Positions 1 through 9,925 of a stretch of DNA of 64,000 nt are shown in pieces. The DNA is from Alphaproteobacteria bacterium (GTDB lineage: Bacteria > Pseudomonadota > Alphaproteobacteria > MPNO01), in the NCBI GenBank assembly GCA_964291675.2, contig OZ219865.1:640001-704000 (forward strand). The letters run 5' to 3'. The position numbers and the translations under genes were made by a program. The notes beneath the pieces were generated by a model. It was not told where the DNA came from, did no database searches, and saw only the letters and a list, made by a program, of their open reading frames with translations. Numbering within the stretch: position 1 is the first letter of the stretch; the number at the start of each line of letters is the position of its first letter.

Positions 1-570
1 GATGAAGCCCGGGCGGTCCTGCGTGCGCACCGGGGTCTGCCCCGCCGCCTCGGTCCACGCCCAGGCGGCCTCGAAGGCCTCGTCCGAGGTGTTCAGCCCG
101 GGCGACATCTCGATCAGCTTCATGAGCTGGGCGGGCAGGCAGAAATGCATGCCCACCACGCGGTCCTCGCGACCGCAGCCGGACGCGATCTGGGTGATCG
201 ACAGGGTCGAGGTGTTGGACGCGAAAATCGTCCCGTCCTTGCAGACCGGGTCCAGCGCCCGGAACAGCGCCTGCTTGGTGGGCAGGTCCTCGAACACGGC
301 CTCGACGACGAGATCGCAGTCGCCCAGCCCTTCGAGCTCTTTGACGGGTGCGAGGCGGTCGAGCGCCGCCTTGCGTTGTTCCTCCGTCATGCGGCCGCGC
401 TCGACCGAGCGGGCGAAGAAGGAGGCGGTCTGCGAAGCAGCGCGCGCGAGACCGTCCCCGTCGACGTCGTAACAGACGGTGTCGAACCCGGCGCGCGCCG
501 AGACGATGGCGATCCCCGCCCCCATCGTGCCCGCGGCGCCGCACACGCCGATCTTGCGGATCGCGCTCAT
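1..570 (-). CDS. 3-hydroxyacyl-CoA/3-hydroxybutyryl-CoA dehydrogenase (partial, runs off window start)
   Basis: Manual translation from ATG at 570: MSAIRKIGVCGAAGTMGAGIAIVSARAGFDTVCYDVD... Rossmann motif, later EAVFEDL and GMHFCLPAQLMKLIE; absent from the ORF track because it is truncated. Confidence 0.85.
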   Translation of the reverse strand, partial: MSAIRKIGVCGAAGTMGAGIAIVSARAGFDTVCYDVDGDGLARAASQTASFFARSVERGRMTEEQRKAALDRLAPVKELEGLGDCDLVVEAVFEDLPTKQALFRALDPVCKDGTIFASNTSTLSITQIASGCGREDRVVGMHFCLPAQLMKLIEMSPGLNTSDEAFEAAWAWTEAAGQTPVRTQDRPGFI

Positions 571-1733
571 CGCCGGGCGAAGCTCCGGCCGACGAACTGG
601 CGGTGGACCTGGTTGGTGCCCTCCCAGATCTGGGTGATCTTGGCATCGCGCATCAGCCGTTCCACCCGGAAGTCCTTGCAATACCCGTAGCCGCCATGCA
701 TCTGCACGGCCTCGGTGGTCATCCGCATGGCGAGGTCGGAGGCGCGGAGCTTGGCGATCGACGCCTCGACGCCGTAATCCCCGGCGCCGCCGTCGACCAG
801 CCGGCCGACATGGTCGATCCATGCCTTGACCAGAGCGAGCTCGGCGGCGAGGTCGGCGAGCATGAACTGGTTGCCCTGGAAATCGACGATGCGCCGCCCC
901 GACTGCCGGCGGTCGTTCATGAAGGTCACCATGTCCTTGAACGCCGCATCGGCGATGCCGAGCGCGTGGCATGCGATGCTCGGCCGCGACTTGTTGAGCG
1001 AGAGCAGAAGCAGGGAGAGTCCCTCCCCCGGCTCGCCCACCAGATTGGCGCGCGGCACCCGGCAGCCGTCGAACGAGAGCACCGCGGTCGACGAGGCGCG
1101 GATTCCCATCTTGTCCTCGGTGCGTTCGACGGTGAACCCGGGCGCTCCCTTCTCCAGCACCAGGGCGGTGATCGCGCCCCGGTCGTCGTCGATCTCCGAC
1201 CACTTGCCGAACAGGAGGATCAGATCGGCCACGTCGCCCGAGGTGATGAAGATCTTGCCGCCGTCGATCGCCACCTCGTCGCCGTCCGGGGCGAAGCGTG
1301 TCTTCATCCCCGTGGCGTCGGAGCCGGCGTCGGGCTCGGTGATCGCGAGCGCGCAGATCGCACCTTCGGCCACGCGCGGCATGATCCGCGATTTGAGCTC
1401 TTCGGAGCCGAAATCGATCACCGGTCCCATGGCGTGGAAACAGGTGCCGTAGACGATCCCGGTCGCCGCGCAGGCCTCCGAGATCAGCTTCATGCATTCG
1501 AGATAGACGCGGTACGACATCGGCGCGCCGCCACAGGCGGCGGGAACGAAGATCGCGTTGAGCCCGAGCGCCCGGATCGCCTCGACATTCTCCCACGGGA
1601 AGGCGGCCTCGCGGTCGAAGCGCTCGGCGTTGGGCGCGATCACCTCGTCGGCGAGGCGGGAGACCTGGTCGAGGAGAATGCGCTCCTCTTCGGACCAGCC
1701 GCGCGACTCGTCGAACCGGTCGAAGACCCGCAT
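567..1733 (-). CDS. acyl-CoA dehydrogenase
   Basis: ALAITEPDAGSDA, GGKIFITSG, QMHGGYGY, RDAKITQIWEGTNQV motifs; start moved to MRVFDRF (ATG 1733). Confidence 0.92.
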   Translation of the reverse strand: MRVFDRFDESRGWSEEERILLDQVSRLADEVIAPNAERFDREAAFPWENVEAIRALGLNAIFVPAACGGAPMSYRVYLECMKLISEACAATGIVYGTCFHAMGPVIDFGSEELKSRIMPRVAEGAICALAITEPDAGSDATGMKTRFAPDGDEVAIDGGKIFITSGDVADLILLFGKWSEIDDDRGAITALVLEKGAPGFTVERTEDKMGIRASSTAVLSFDGCRVPRANLVGEPGEGLSLLLLSLNKSRPSIACHALGIADAAFKDMVTFMNDRRQSGRRIVDFQGNQFMLADLAAELALVKAWIDHVGRLVDGGAGDYGVEASIAKLRASDLAMRMTTEAVQMHGGYGYCKDFRVERLMRDAKITQIWEGTNQVHRQFVGRSFARR

Positions 1734-2443
1734 CAGTGGTTCACCCCGTGCCCGCCGTCGAGATAGATGGTCTCGCCGGTGAGATAGGGCATGCGCATGG
1801 CGAACAGCGCGGCCACCAGGCTCCCGACCTCCTCCGGCGTGCCGGTCCGGCCGGCCGGGATGCGCCGTTCGAGCCAGCGCTTGACCGAATCGCGCTGCAT
1901 GAACTCGCGGTTGAAGTCGGTCTCGATATAGCCCGGCGCCACGTTGACCACCGAGATCCCGTCCTCCGCCCATTCGACGGCGAGGCAGCGCGTGATCGCG
2001 CCGACCGCTGCCTTGGACGCGCAATAGGCCACGTGCTCTCTCACGCCGAGCTTGTCGAACACCGAGCCCATATTGACGATCAGCCCGCCGCCGCTCCGCG
2101 TGAGCAGCGCATGCGCCTCGCGCGAGGCGACCACCACGGCGGTCGCGTTCAGCGTCATCACGCGCTCGTAATCGGCGACGTCGATCTCGGCGCTCACCGA
2201 CTGGCCGTGCGCGCCGGCGTTGTTGACCAGCCCGACCACGGGCTCCGGTTCGGCGGCGAGCCGCGCGAACACCTCCTTGACCGCCGACTCGTCGGTCATG
2301 TCGCAGACCATGCCGCGCCCGACCGGGCTGGCGCCGGTCCTGGACAGGCCGACGACCGCGTACCCGGCCGCATCCAGCGCCGTCGCGGTCGCGGCGCCGA
2401 GCCCCTTGCTCGCGCCGGTGACGATGATCCGGCCCTCAGCCAT
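1733..2443 (-). CDS. short-chain dehydrogenase/reductase (FabG-like)
   Basis: TGASKGLG, NNAG, YCASK, NVAPGYIET; start MAEGRIIVTG. Confidence 0.9.
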   Translation of the reverse strand: MAEGRIIVTGASKGLGAATATALDAAGYAVVGLSRTGASPVGRGMVCDMTDESAVKEVFARLAAEPEPVVGLVNNAGAHGQSVSAEIDVADYERVMTLNATAVVVASREAHALLTRSGGGLIVNMGSVFDKLGVREHVAYCASKAAVGAITRCLAVEWAEDGISVVNVAPGYIETDFNREFMQRDSVKRWLERRIPAGRTGTPEEVGSLVAALFAMRMPYLTGETIYLDGGHGVNH

Positions 2444-3203
2444 CCCTGAAGCCGGGCTTCCGTTTTTCCTCGAACGCCGCCATGCCCTCGTCGGCGTCTT
2501 CGGTGCGGTAGGCAAGCGTCGACAGGTCCGCCTCGATCTTCAGCCCCTCGCCGACCGGGTTGTCGAGCGAGCGCTGCACCGCCTCGCGGGCGTAGCGCAG
2601 GATGGGCAGGCTGTAGCCGGTGAACTGGCGCGCAAACGCGAGCCCGGCCTCGATCAGGTCTCCTTCGGCGATGCGGTTGACCAGGCCGATGCGTTCGGCT
2701 TCGGCGGCGTCGATCGTGCGCCCGGTGAGGATCATGTCGAGCGCGCGCGACTCGCCGATCAGCCGCGGCAGGCGCTGGGTGCCGCCATAGCCCGGAATCA
2801 GCCCCAGCTTCACCTCCGGCATGCCCATCTTCGCGCCCGGCCCGGCGATGCGGAAGGTCGAGGCGAGCGCGATCTCCAGCCCGCCGCCGAAGGCGTAGCC
2901 GTTGATCAGCGCGATGGACGGGATCGGCAATGTGTCGAGCTTCGCCAGCGTCCGTTGCCCGAGCTCGGTGGCGGTCTTCTCCTCGTGGACATTGCGGTGG
3001 CGCAGCTCCTTGATGTCGGCGCCGGCGCAGAACGCGCGCTCGCCCGCCCCGGTGATCAGCAGCACCCGGGCATCGCCCGACGCCGCCTCCTCGAACGCCT
3101 CGCCGAGCTCGCGGATGATGGCAAAGGAGAGCGCGTTGAGGGCCTCGGGGCGGTTCAGCACGATCAGCGCCGCCTCCTCCCTCCGCGTCAGCTCGACGGT
3201 CAT
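2436..3203 (-). CDS. enoyl-CoA hydratase/isomerase
   Basis: LNRPEALNAL, AFCAGADI, GGGLE, MPEVKLGLIPGYGGTQRL. Confidence 0.93.
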   Translation of the reverse strand: MTVELTRREEAALIVLNRPEALNALSFAIIRELGEAFEEAASGDARVLLITGAGERAFCAGADIKELRHRNVHEEKTATELGQRTLAKLDTLPIPSIALINGYAFGGGLEIALASTFRIAGPGAKMGMPEVKLGLIPGYGGTQRLPRLIGESRALDMILTGRTIDAAEAERIGLVNRIAEGDLIEAGLAFARQFTGYSLPILRYAREAVQRSLDNPVGEGLKIEADLSTLAYRTEDADEGMAAFEEKRKPGFRDG

Positions 3204-4825
3204 TGCGCGGCCTCCGCCTTGGGATCGAAGCGCACCGGGTCCGGCCGGATGGCGCCGTTCTTCGCCATCTCCACGAGCTCGCGCTTGAGGATCTTGCCGC
3301 TCGCGGTCAGGGGAAAGGCGTCCATCCGGATGAAATACTCCGGCATGTCATAGCGCGACAGCCCCTCGGCATGAAGATGCGAGAGCAGCGATTCCGCCTG
3401 GATGCCGCCGATCACCGCGATGCAGCCCTTCTCGCCCAGCCGTTCGTCGGGGACCGGGAACACGGCCACCCGCTCGACCTCGTCGTGGCGCACCGCCAGC
3501 GCCTCGATCTCGGACGGGTAGATGTTGTGCCCGCCCCGGATGATCAAATCCTTGAGCCGCCCGTCGATCGACAGGTTGCCGTCGCCGTCGAGCGAGCCGA
3601 GATCGCCGGAGAGGAACCACCCCGAGGCGTTGAAGCTCTCCTCGGTCGCCTCCTGGTTGGCGAAATAGCCCAGCATCAGGGCACCGCCGCGCCCGGCGAT
3701 CTGCCCGCTGATCCCGGTTCCGACCGGCTTGTCGGGGTCCGCCATGTCGAAGATCGCCACCTCATAGGCCTTCCCGCCGCGCCCGCAGGTGCGGGTGACG
3801 GTCCCGGCGTCGTCGCCGGGATGGGTGAAGTGGTGGGACGAATTCTCGGTCATGCCGTAGATGTTCTGCGGCGCGATGCCCTGGGCGACGAAGGCCTCGC
3901 AGACCACCGGCGGGATCGGCGCGCCCGCCATGTAAAAGATCTCGACCGCCCCGATCCGCGCGAGCCCCCGCGCGCGCTGCTCGGCGAGCACGTCCATCGC
4001 GTGCGTCGGCACGCCCATCACGTAGGTCGCGCCGGTCTCGGCGATCCAGTCGATCTTGTCGACGCCCGCCGGGCGGTCGTCGGCGATGAACTCGCAGCCG
4101 GCGAGCGCCCACTGCGCCGCGCCGACCCAGGCGATGTGGTGCGAGAGCGGGCTGAGGGAGAGCAGCCTGGTATCCGGTCCGATGCGCCAGATGTCGACCA
4201 TGTCGCGCGCATTGGCGAACAGGGTGTTGTCGGAATGCATGACGCATTTCGGCATCCCGGTGGTGCCGGAGGTGAAGGCGAGATAGGCGACCTTGTCGGG
4301 ATCGGCGACGGGCTCGCTCTTCGGTCGCGCGCCGGGGCCGGCGACGCGCCCCTCCGGCTCGACCGCCTTCAGGTGATCGATGCCCCCGAGCAGCGCTTCG
4401 AGCCCGCCTTCCGCGCGGTCGGCGCCCCAGCCGGGCTCGCTGAAGAACGCCGCCGATTTGAGCCGCTTGAGCAGCGTCACGACCTCGGCGCAGGTATGGG
4501 TGCGGTGCAGCGTCGGGTTGCAGGCATAGCCCTGGCGCGAGCAGGCGAGCAGCAGGATCACCGTCTCCATCGCATTGCCGCGCCAGATCGAGACCCGGTC
4601 CCCCTCGACCAGCCCGCGCGCTTCGAGGTCGGCGGCCACCCCTTCGGTCCAGAGCTTGACCTCGCGCCAGCTCAGCCGACGCGTGCCGTCGCGCAGCGCC
4701 GGCGCATCGCCGTTCTCCGCGGCATGGCGCTCCAGCAGGCTGTAGAACGTGTCCCCGCGCCACACCCCGGTGTCGTAGTAGCGCCCGGCCGCGCGCGGCG
4801 TATGCAGTGTCAGGAAGGCGCGCAT
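3200..4825 (-). CDS. acyl-CoA synthetase (cyclohexanecarboxylate-CoA ligase-like AMP-binding protein)
   Basis: FTSGTTGMPK, YGMTE, SGDLG, GRLKDLIIRGG, PLTASGKILK; start MRAFLTLH (4825). Confidence 0.9.
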   Translation of the reverse strand: MRAFLTLHTPRAAGRYYDTGVWRGDTFYSLLERHAAENGDAPALRDGTRRLSWREVKLWTEGVAADLEARGLVEGDRVSIWRGNAMETVILLLACSRQGYACNPTLHRTHTCAEVVTLLKRLKSAAFFSEPGWGADRAEGGLEALLGGIDHLKAVEPEGRVAGPGARPKSEPVADPDKVAYLAFTSGTTGMPKCVMHSDNTLFANARDMVDIWRIGPDTRLLSLSPLSHHIAWVGAAQWALAGCEFIADDRPAGVDKIDWIAETGATYVMGVPTHAMDVLAEQRARGLARIGAVEIFYMAGAPIPPVVCEAFVAQGIAPQNIYGMTENSSHHFTHPGDDAGTVTRTCGRGGKAYEVAIFDMADPDKPVGTGISGQIAGRGGALMLGYFANQEATEESFNASGWFLSGDLGSLDGDGNLSIDGRLKDLIIRGGHNIYPSEIEALAVRHDEVERVAVFPVPDERLGEKGCIAVIGGIQAESLLSHLHAEGLSRYDMPEYFIRMDAFPLTASGKILKRELVEMAKNGAIRPDPVRFDPKAEAAQ

Positions 4826-4833
4826 CCGCCGAT

Positions 4834-5613
4834 CTAGTGTCCGAAGCGGTCGGGGTCGGGCGAACGGCGTTCGCGGAAGGCGCCGCCGAGCTCCTTGGAC
4901 TCCTCGCTGTCGAGATAGCCCGGGAGCAGCAAATCGTGGGCCATGCGGGCGAGACCGGAAACGCCGCCGTGGCGCGCGTTGAACGCGCCCTTGATCGAGG
5001 CGAGCGCGAACGAGCCGCGCTCGGCCACTTCGAGGGCGTATTCCCTTGTCCGTTCGGCGAGCTCGCCATCCGGCACGACGCGGTTGATCAGCCCCATCTG
5101 GAGCGCCTCGGCCGCGTCGATCCGGCGATTGGTGTACCAAATCTCCTTGGCCCGCTTCTTGCCGACCAGGTCCTCCAGATACCAGGTGCCGTAGCCGGCA
5201 TCGAACGAGCCCATCATCGGCCCGACCTGGCGGAACACCGCGCTCTCCTTGGCGATCGTCAGGTCGCAGACCATCTGCAGCACGTTGCCGCCGCCGACCG
5301 CGTAGCCGTTGACGCTCGCGATCACCGGCTTCTGCAGCTTGTCGATCGCCTCGTACATTTCGAGCGTGGGCAACATGCCGGCATAGAGCCGCGTCGGCTC
5401 GGCGCCGTCCTTGCGCCCGCCGATGCAGAAGAAGCGGTCGCCCGCGCCGGTCAGCACGACCACCCGGGTCCGGGTCTCGCGGCGGATCGCGTTGATGCAA
5501 TCGCGGACCTCGTGGCAGGTCTCGATGGTGAACATGTTTCCGTCGTCGGGACGGTTGAGGGTGACGGTCCCGATCGGGCCGTCCTCTTCATAGAGGATCG
5601 TCCGGTAGCTCAC
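4834..5613 (-). CDS. BadI/MenB-like crotonase (2-ketocyclohexanecarboxyl-CoA hydrolase-like)
   Basis: VNGYAVGGGNVLQMVCDLTIA, FRQVGPMMGSFDAGYG, GKKRAKEIWY typical of the BadI/MenB subfamily; GTG start. Confidence 0.82.
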   Translation of the reverse strand: MSYRTILYEEDGPIGTVTLNRPDDGNMFTIETCHEVRDCINAIRRETRTRVVVLTGAGDRFFCIGGRKDGAEPTRLYAGMLPTLEMYEAIDKLQKPVIASVNGYAVGGGNVLQMVCDLTIAKESAVFRQVGPMMGSFDAGYGTWYLEDLVGKKRAKEIWYTNRRIDAAEALQMGLINRVVPDGELAERTREYALEVAERGSFALASIKGAFNARHGGVSGLARMAHDLLLPGYLDSEESKELGGAFRERRSPDPDRFGH

Positions 5614-5667
5614 TCTGGCGCCTCGTCCTTCGTGGGGCGCGCATGTTTACGCGAAAGCCCGGCGATG

Positions 5668-7290
5668 TCACGACCCCCGCCCGGGCGGGACGATGTGCTC
5701 GGCGAGGCGCCTGCCGGTGGCGACGAGCTCGGGGACGACGAAGGACGCACCGGCGCGGACCAGCTCGGCGGCATGCGCATCGTTCGCCGCACGGGCGAGG
5801 ACCGTGAGTTCGGGCAGCATTCCCCGCAGGATTCCAACCAGCCGGGTCGCGGCTTCGGAGTCGCTGAGCGCGACGACCACGGTGCGCGCGGTCGGAAGAT
5901 GAAGCTGTTCCAGGATCTCCGGCCGGCTCGCATCGCCGAAATAGACCCGTTCCCCCTGCGCGCGGGCGGTGGAGACGACCAGCGGGTCGCGGTCGAGCGC
6001 GATGAAGGATATGCCCTTGTCGGAGAGCTCGCGCGCCACCGTGCGGCCGACCCGGCCATAGCCCGCGATCACCACGTGATTTATCAGCGTCACCTCGTCC
6101 TCGTCGATTTCCCCGACGCGGGCCGAGCTCCGCACGGCCGTCCAGTGCATCAGCCGGGCGCTCGCCCAGGCGAGCAGCGGCGTCGCCATCATCGAGAGCG
6201 CCACCGCGATGATCAGCGCCTGGCCGAGCCCCTCCTCGATCAGCCCGCCCAGCATGGCGGCGCTGAAGACGACGAAGCCGAACTCGCCGCCCTGCGCCAG
6301 CAGCAGCCCGAGCGGCAGCGCATAGAGCCCCGGCAGGCGGAACAGCAGCACCAGGGGAACCAGGACCAGCGCCTTGAGCGCGATCAGCCCGGCGGCGATG
6401 CCGAGCACCAGCGAGAACTGCGCGTAGGCGAGGTCGAGATTGGTCTGCATGCCGATCGACATGAAGAACAGCCCGAGCAGCAGGGCGCGGAACGGCCGGA
6501 TCTCGGCCGAGACCTGGTGGCGGTACTCGGTCTCGGCCAGCACCATGCCGGCGAGCAGCCCGCCGATGGCGAGCGAGAGCCCGGCATATTCGGTGAAGGC
6601 GGCGACTCCGAGGACGACCAGCAGGCTCGCCGCCGCGAAGATCTCGTCGCTCTTCTCCGCCGCGACGATGGCGAACAGCGGCCGCAGGACGAAACGCCCC
6701 AGCACGACGATCGTCACCAGCGCGACGGCGGCTTCCAGCCCGGCGAGGCCGAGCGAGGCGACAAGCCCGCCCTCCCGGTTGGTGAGCACCAGGGTCATCA
6801 CCAGGATGGGCGCCACGGCGAGGTCCTGCATCAGCAGCACCGTGAACGCGGCGCGGCCGAAGCGGGTCGCGATCTGGCGCCTGTCCAGCAGGATCTGGAT
6901 GACGAACACGGTGGACGACAGAGCGAGGGCCGCGCCGATCACGATGGCCGCGTCCAGCGAGACCCCGCAGGCGACGGCAATACCGGCAATCGCCGCGCCG
7001 GTGACCAGGATCTGCGCCAGCCCGAGGCCGAACATCGACGGCGACAGCACCTTGATCCGCTCCAGCGGCAGCTCGAGCCCGATGGTGAACAGCAGGAACA
7101 CCACGCCGAACTCGGCGAAGGAGCGGATGGTCTCGATGTCGGCGACGAAGCCGAGCCCGAACGGGCCGATGACGATGCCGGCGACGAGATAGCCGAGCAC
7201 GGGGGAGAGCCGCAGACGCCTGAGCGCGAACAGAGCGGCGACGGATGCGGCCAGGATGACGATCACATCGGCAAGGTCGATGTGCGGCAT
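5668..7290 (-). CDS. CPA2 cation:proton antiporter with TrkA-N domain (KefB/KefC-like)
   Basis: GVVFLLFTIGLEL, ALSST, LLMQDL, QGGEFGFV, C-terminal GYGRVG. Confidence 0.92.
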   Translation of the reverse strand: MPHIDLADVIVILAASVAALFALRRLRLSPVLGYLVAGIVIGPFGLGFVADIETIRSFAEFGVVFLLFTIGLELPLERIKVLSPSMFGLGLAQILVTGAAIAGIAVACGVSLDAAIVIGAALALSSTVFVIQILLDRRQIATRFGRAAFTVLLMQDLAVAPILVMTLVLTNREGGLVASLGLAGLEAAVALVTIVVLGRFVLRPLFAIVAAEKSDEIFAAASLLVVLGVAAFTEYAGLSLAIGGLLAGMVLAETEYRHQVSAEIRPFRALLLGLFFMSIGMQTNLDLAYAQFSLVLGIAAGLIALKALVLVPLVLLFRLPGLYALPLGLLLAQGGEFGFVVFSAAMLGGLIEEGLGQALIIAVALSMMATPLLAWASARLMHWTAVRSSARVGEIDEDEVTLINHVVIAGYGRVGRTVARELSDKGISFIALDRDPLVVSTARAQGERVYFGDASRPEILEQLHLPTARTVVVALSDSEAATRLVGILRGMLPELTVLARAANDAHAAELVRAGASFVVPELVATGRRLAEHIVPPGRGS

Positions 7291-7417
7291 TCGCGGTCTC
7301 CAGCGCGCGGTGCGTCCCTAGAGTAGCGCCGATCCCGGCGAATCGCGCCGTGCGCGTTCGCCCGGCCGATCCGATTGCTGTAGTCTCCGGGCTCCCGCGT
7401 CTACCGCCCCCGGCCCC

Positions 7418-8659
7418 ATGCTTGTCCGAACGATCCGAGAGAACCCATACGGCTGGCTGGTCGTCGCCGTCCTGTTCCTGGTTCTCAGCCTGGTCATGGG
7501 GGCACGCTCCTCGCTCGGGCTGCTGATACCCGAGTGGGAGACGGAGTTCGCCTGGGACCGGACGTTCATCTCGACCGGCGGCTCGGTGATGCTCACGGTC
7601 ATGGCGGTCGGATCGCCCATCGCCGGCATGGCGCTCGACCGCTATGGCGGCCGCACGATCTACGTGTTCGCCATCCTGCTAACCGCGCTCGGCGTCTGCC
7701 TGACGGCCGGGATGTGGCAGGGCTGGCACTTCATCGCGGCGTTCGGGCTGATCGCCGGCATCGGCTTCTCGGCGATCTCGGCGCCGCTGATCGGCACCAC
7801 GGTGGCGCTCTATTTCGACGCGCGGCGCGGGCTCGCGACGGGAATCGCAACGTCGGGCGCGACCGGCGGCCAGCTCGTGCTGATGCCCCTGCTCGCCGTC
7901 GGTCTCGCCGCCATCGGCTGGCGCGCCAGCTTCCTCGCCATGGGGGTCCTGCTGGTCGCGATCGCCCTGCTCGCCTGGGTGCTGATCCGCCGCGAGGCGC
8001 CGGCGCGCCGCATGCGCGGCTTCCAGGCCGAGGCCGGCAACACGGTCTGGACGCAGCTCGGCTACCTGATGCGCGATCGCACCTTCTGGCTGCTCGGCAT
8101 CGGCTACATCGTGTGCGGCTTCACCACCATCGGCGCGATCAGGATCCACTTCCTGCCCTACGCGGCGGCCTGCGGCTTTCCGGTCCTGGAGAGCGCGTCC
8201 GCGTTCGGCGTTCTGATGGCGACCTCGGCGGCGGGGATCATCGGCTTCGGCGCGGCGGCCGACAAGTTCCACCGCCCCGCGCTGCTCGCCTCGATCTACT
8301 TCCTGCGCGCGCTCTGCTTCATCCTGCTGATGTTCATCCCGGGCGATTCGGTGCTGCTGTTCACCTTCGCCGCCCTGTTCGGGCTGTTCGACTTCGCGAC
8401 CTTCCCGGTGGTCGCCAATATCGTCGGCACGCATATGGGGCTCCGCATCATGGGGCTGACCATGGGGCTCCTGTTCTCGCTGCACTCGGTCGGCGGCGCG
8501 CTCGGCTCGTTCGCCGGCGGCTGGCTGTTCGACCTGTTCGCCCAGTACGACTGGATGTGGCTCGCCTCCTTCGGGCTCGCGCTGCTGGCCGCCTTCCTGT
8601 CGATCCTGGTGCATGAGCCGCACCGGACCGGCTTCGTCCGGGTGCCGGCGCCCGCCTGA
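7418..8659 (+). CDS. MFS transporter
   Basis: About 12 hydrophobic segments; GMALDRYGGR MFS motif A. Confidence 0.88.
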   Translation: MLVRTIRENPYGWLVVAVLFLVLSLVMGARSSLGLLIPEWETEFAWDRTFISTGGSVMLTVMAVGSPIAGMALDRYGGRTIYVFAILLTALGVCLTAGMWQGWHFIAAFGLIAGIGFSAISAPLIGTTVALYFDARRGLATGIATSGATGGQLVLMPLLAVGLAAIGWRASFLAMGVLLVAIALLAWVLIRREAPARRMRGFQAEAGNTVWTQLGYLMRDRTFWLLGIGYIVCGFTTIGAIRIHFLPYAAACGFPVLESASAFGVLMATSAAGIIGFGAAADKFHRPALLASIYFLRALCFILLMFIPGDSVLLFTFAALFGLFDFATFPVVANIVGTHMGLRIMGLTMGLLFSLHSVGGALGSFAGGWLFDLFAQYDWMWLASFGLALLAAFLSILVHEPHRTGFVRVPAPA

Positions 8660-8677
8660 CGCCGTGGGAGGCGACCG

Positions 8678-9925
8678 ATGACCGTCATCCAGGGCCTGCT
8701 CGGTCTCGCCGCCCTCGTCGGGCTGGCCTGGCTGGTCAGCGAGAACCGGGCACGGCTTCCCTGGCGGACCGTCCTCGTCGGCATCGCGATCCAGTTCGCG
8801 CTGGCGCTGGTCCTGCTCGAATGGGAGGTGGGTTGGCAGATCCTGCTCGCGCTCAACGGCGTCGTGGAGGCGCTCCAGGCGGCGACCCGCGCCGGCACCT
8901 CCTTCGTGTTCGGCTATCTCGGAGGCGGGGCGCTGCCCTTCGAGGAGAAGTCGCCCGGCGGCGCCTTCGTCTTCGCCTTCCAGGCCCTGCCGCTGGTGCT
9001 GGTGGTGAGCGCGCTGTCGGCGCTGCTCTATCACTGGCGGGTGCTGCCGGCGGTGGTCGGCGCCTTCGCCTGGGCGCTCGCGCGCCTGCTCCGGCTCGGC
9101 GGCGCGGCGAGCTTCTCGACCGCCGCCAACATATTCGTCGGCATGGTGGAGTCGCCGCTCCTGATCCGCCCCTATCTCGCCGCGCTCAGCCGGAGCGAGC
9201 TGTTCGTGGTGATGACCGCCGGGATGGCGACGATCGCCGGCACGGTCATGGTGCTCTACGCAACCGCGCTCGCCGACGTGATCGCCAACCCGGTCGGCCA
9301 TTTGCTGACCGCCTCGCTCCTGAGCGCGCCGGCCGCGGTGTCGATCGCCCGGGTGATGGTGCCGGAGGATGGCGGGACCGCGGGCGGGTCTGTGATCCCG
9401 GAACGGCTCTACGAGTCGAGCGTGGACGCGCTCACCCGCGGCACGCTCGACGGGCTCACCCTGCTGCTCAACATAGTCGCCAGCCTGATCGTCGTCGTCG
9501 CGCTGGTGCATCTCGCGAACCTGCTTCTCGGGCTCCTGCCCGACCTCGCCGGCGCGCCGATCACCCTGGAACGGCTGCTGGGCTACGCGCTGGCGCCGGT
9601 CGCCTGGCTGATGGGGATCCCGTGGAGCGAAGCCGTCGCCGCCGGCTCGCTGCTCGGCATCAAGGTGGTGCTCAACGAGCTGATCGCCTATTTCACCCTG
9701 GCCGGGCTGCCGGACGGCGCGCTCGGCGAGCGCAGCCGGCTGATCATGACCTACGCGCTCTGCGGCTTCGCCAACTTCGCGAGCCTCGGCATCCTGATCG
9801 CCGGGCTCGGGGCGATGATGCCGGAGCGCCGCACGGAGATCCTGGGCCTCGGCCTCAAGTCGATCGTCGCCGGCACGCTTGCCGCCTGCATGACCGGCAC
9901 GGTGATCGGCCTCTTAACGCTCTGA
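8678..9925 (+). CDS. concentrative nucleoside transporter (NupC/CNT family)
   Basis: FAFQALP, ANIFVGMVESPL, GMATIAG, LCGFANFASLGI. Confidence 0.93.
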   Translation: MTVIQGLLGLAALVGLAWLVSENRARLPWRTVLVGIAIQFALALVLLEWEVGWQILLALNGVVEALQAATRAGTSFVFGYLGGGALPFEEKSPGGAFVFAFQALPLVLVVSALSALLYHWRVLPAVVGAFAWALARLLRLGGAASFSTAANIFVGMVESPLLIRPYLAALSRSELFVVMTAGMATIAGTVMVLYATALADVIANPVGHLLTASLLSAPAAVSIARVMVPEDGGTAGGSVIPERLYESSVDALTRGTLDGLTLLLNIVASLIVVVALVHLANLLLGLLPDLAGAPITLERLLGYALAPVAWLMGIPWSEAVAAGSLLGIKVVLNELIAYFTLAGLPDGALGERSRLIMTYALCGFANFASLGILIAGLGAMMPERRTEILGLGLKSIVAGTLAACMTGTVIGLLTL

